DNA of 64,000 nt, taken from NCBI RefSeq assembly GCF_009914755.1, contig NC_060925.1. One strand, given 5' to 3'. Below the pieces are notes generated by a model. The model searched no databases, was not told the origin of the DNA, and saw only the letters and a program-made list of their open reading frames with translations. Source of the stretch: the human T2T-CHM13v2.0 reference genome, Homo sapiens. Both the position numbers and the translations under genes were made by a program. Positions 60,687 to 64,000 of the stretch are shown in pieces (the first letter of the stretch is position 1; each line of letters begins with the position of its first letter).

Positions 60687-62861
60687 TTATATCATGAAAT
60701 ACATTATCAGCATTATAAAAATATACTCCAGAAAACAAAAAATACAACTTTCCACTAGGCTCCCGGGGGCATCACAGCAAACTGTTATGACATTAGTCAT
60801 CAATCGAAGGTCAGGCCTGGAGGTTTTAGTTTTTGGAAGTGTGCAGCCGTCTCATGGATGTAGCCCTAAACCAACTTCAGACAGAGAGCAAGACCTCTTA
60901 GATAGCACATGCTTTAAATATGTTTAAGGACATTTTCATTTTTATTTCAAAACTCACTAGAGATCTCAGACTGTGCAGATCAAATTATTAAATTCCAATA
61001 GAGCGATACGTTGAAAAGCCAAAGCAGGGTTAAGAAGAGAAATTTCTCGTTTGGAAAAGGGTTTTACAGATTTAAAAACAAACAGTTTTGTGGAAGAAAG
61101 AGCTCAGGGATGCAGGGCCTCAATGGGATGTTTAAAATGAGGCCCCTCGTGTATTTTGAACTGATGATATATGATAAAATCAGTGTGGAGATCCAGCCAA
61201 ATGTACTGGAAGTAATCTTAAGGATAACTCAAAACCACAACTGAAATCAATATCCTAAGAATTCAAAATATTAACCAGACAGATAATTGTATGACTTATT
61301 AAAATAATGTACACAAATTCAAAATATAATTTTGCCCTTTATTATTATTAGGACATGTTTTCTCTAGTATTATGCCGCCAATAAATGAAAATACTTTAAA
61401 ATAAAATTACACACGTGTATTTCAGAAAAAAATACATACATTTAAATGTTTCAAAAAATTAAATGAGTACCATTTGCCAGTCTCAGCATCAGAGGTAGCA
61501 TTACAGATCCAGGAACTGCCTGCCTAAAAGCCAATAACTGCTCTCTAGAAAATGCCAGAAGACTCCAGTTAAAAATATACACTCAAACATTATATAATAC
61601 ATTGGCTAAAACAAAAATCAAAAGCCACAGATTCGAGAATGTTTGATCTGCACAACACAGGGTGGTTTCTTGTGTTTTCTTCTGAAGGGATTAGAAGTGA
61701 GTGAGACTGTCATAAAGACAAATGCTGAACATACATTCTGGAGTTTAATTTTAACTAAAAGAGCAAATACTTGGGCTGCAGGAAACAACAACTGAGTGAG
61801 TACAAAGGAAGGCATGGGCTAACTTCTAACGTTTACATCATCTGATTAATTCCAACAATAAAATCTAAACACTGATCATCCCCTCCAATCTTCAGAGCAA
61901 GCTGACTCTACAGTGAAGAATACGAGAGCCCTATCAGCTGACTCTGGTATGTTTAAACGATTATAATGTAAAGCATGTTCATTCTCTTAAGTGAAAGGAA
62001 ATGACTGCCAAATGCTTCCTTCACAATCTCTCCAGAATAGGGCAGGTCCTTTAATGTGAGATTTTCCTGACATTCCAATTGTAGCAGACATTGAACAAAC
62101 AGAGACGCATTAAAAGCCGACCTGGTTCTATTATCTTTTATTGAAGGCCTAGCAAAGATCAGACATGAGCCCTGTGCTATTTACATTTTTTGGTGCATTA
62201 ATCACTTTTATACTCAAGGGCTTTAGAAAAATTCAATGGATTTTTTTTTTTAATGAAAAACAAAATAAAAAAAAAACACAGGATGTAACCACAGCTATAT
62301 TGGTCTTTTTCTCAGGAAGGTCAGAAAAGCTTTAAAAACAGGAAGTCTGTGCTATAAGGTTGAGAAATGTTTGTTTTAACAGCCTAAGGCGTCATGGTTG
62401 CAGTTTGCAGTCAGCTGCTATGGAGGACTATAGTTTATTCTTCCCAGCCAAGGATTAATGTCCCTAGGGAAAAGGCCAAAAAGGTACTCATATAACTAGA
62501 AAAGCACATTATCCTAAAATAAGACTTGTTATAAAATCTGAATCATAAATCTTACAAGATACCTTTCAACATTAAATAGGAACTAATTTAGTAACTGGAG
62601 GAGGAACAGTTTGTCTTTTGTGGTAATTTATAAAGGCTAAGGAAAAACCATAGTAACCAATGCTAAGACAACCTCCTAGAAACAATTAGCAGTGGGTTAA
62701 GAATTGGTGCTTGCCATTTGATACAAGTTTTCTATTGATTACCTCTATTTTAATCATTATACTAATATTAATTATTAAAATCAAATGTAAAAATGACACT
62801 CTTGCTTGAATGCAAATTCTTGCAAAAAAGGCAGATTAACTTTAAAAATGTTTTATCCCTA

Positions 62862-63243
<382 letters not shown>

Positions 63244-63849
63244 TCAACTACAGTGCTAAACAGTCTTAACATACCTAACATTAAAGGTATTTTATTTCAA
63301 AAATTACAATTTTCTGATTCCATTCTTTATACTTAGCTTACACAGGCAATCAAAATGAGGCTTTTTCATGGTGGACTCCATTTTAAATGGAATTAAACGT
63401 TATATTATGAAAACTTTAAGCCAAAAATATCCAAATATTAATATTAAAATACACATAGCACATGAATTTAAAATTCATTTGGCTTTTAAAGGGTAGTGAT
63501 TGGAAAAATCCTATCATGATAAAGTGCTTTAAAATACAAACATAAATGGCTAATACCACAAAGTTTGCCATTCACCCCAAGAAGTAATTTTCTATTTGAT
63601 AGTTATAGCTATCTTTAAATTTTTAAATATTTATTTCTACAATATCTCTAGAGAGGATTGAACTACTGCCATTTAACAGATGGGAGTAAAATGAAATTCT
63701 CTCAACTTTATCTTTTCCCTTATGGTTCAGAAGACATCACTCTAATAACTTTATCTTTCCAAGGGGCATCATTCAAGTAACAACTCATCCTAAAAGGCCC
63801 ATACTGGCTTTCAGTTGAGTGTATTCTGTATTATGCTCTGGCGTCTTTC

Positions 63850-64000
63850 CTGAAAACTGGAAGACAATAGAGTAACGCCTTCAAATTTTTGAGGAAAATA
63901 GTCTCCAACCTACAGTTCTATACCCGGCCAAACTGTGAGATAATCAAGGATGAGCATAAAATAAAGACATTTTCAGACACACACAGCCTCAAAACATTTA
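63850..64000 (+). mobile_element. Ancient L1/HAL1 ORF1-derived fragment
   Basis: gccttcaaatttttgaggaaaa...caacctacagttctatacccggccaaact...aaataaagacattttcagaca. Confidence 0.65.

Overview
Primate (very probably human) genomic DNA from the 5' part of RERE (atrophin-2), transcribed on the - strand. The only supportable coding sequence is the first coding exon. The exon spans 6009->5541 (144 nt 5'UTR plus 325 nt [28 protein letters not shown]...DDVVYRPG), with a canonical acceptor (ttttttctctcctag) and donor (G|gtaagg). The rest is intron: about 50 Alu copies or fragments, L1, L2 and MIR remnants, MaLR LTRs (THE1, MLT1), DNA transposon fossils (MER2, MER3, MER20, MER44A, MER46A/Tigger4a, MER47A, a Blackjack MITE), microsatellites, and an intragenic CpG island at about 52400-53100. 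Subfamily names are recognised from memory of consensus sequences, not from a search, and repeat boundaries are approximate. Most interesting observations: (1) the AUG-containing exon is bracketed by oppositely oriented Alu arrays, a circRNA architecture, and the circle would encode a 126-aa product; (2) a 66-bp LTR-like hairpin+polyA-signal insert with a perfect 15-bp TSD, resembling an L1-retroposed tiny RNA; (3) a strong polyY-CAG|GTGAG candidate recursive splice site; (4) an intronic AATAAA just after the exon's read-through stop; (5) an AT-rich 153-bp fold-back element; (6) several templated-insertion or duplication repair scars. No CRISPR array, tRNA or rRNA gene was seen.
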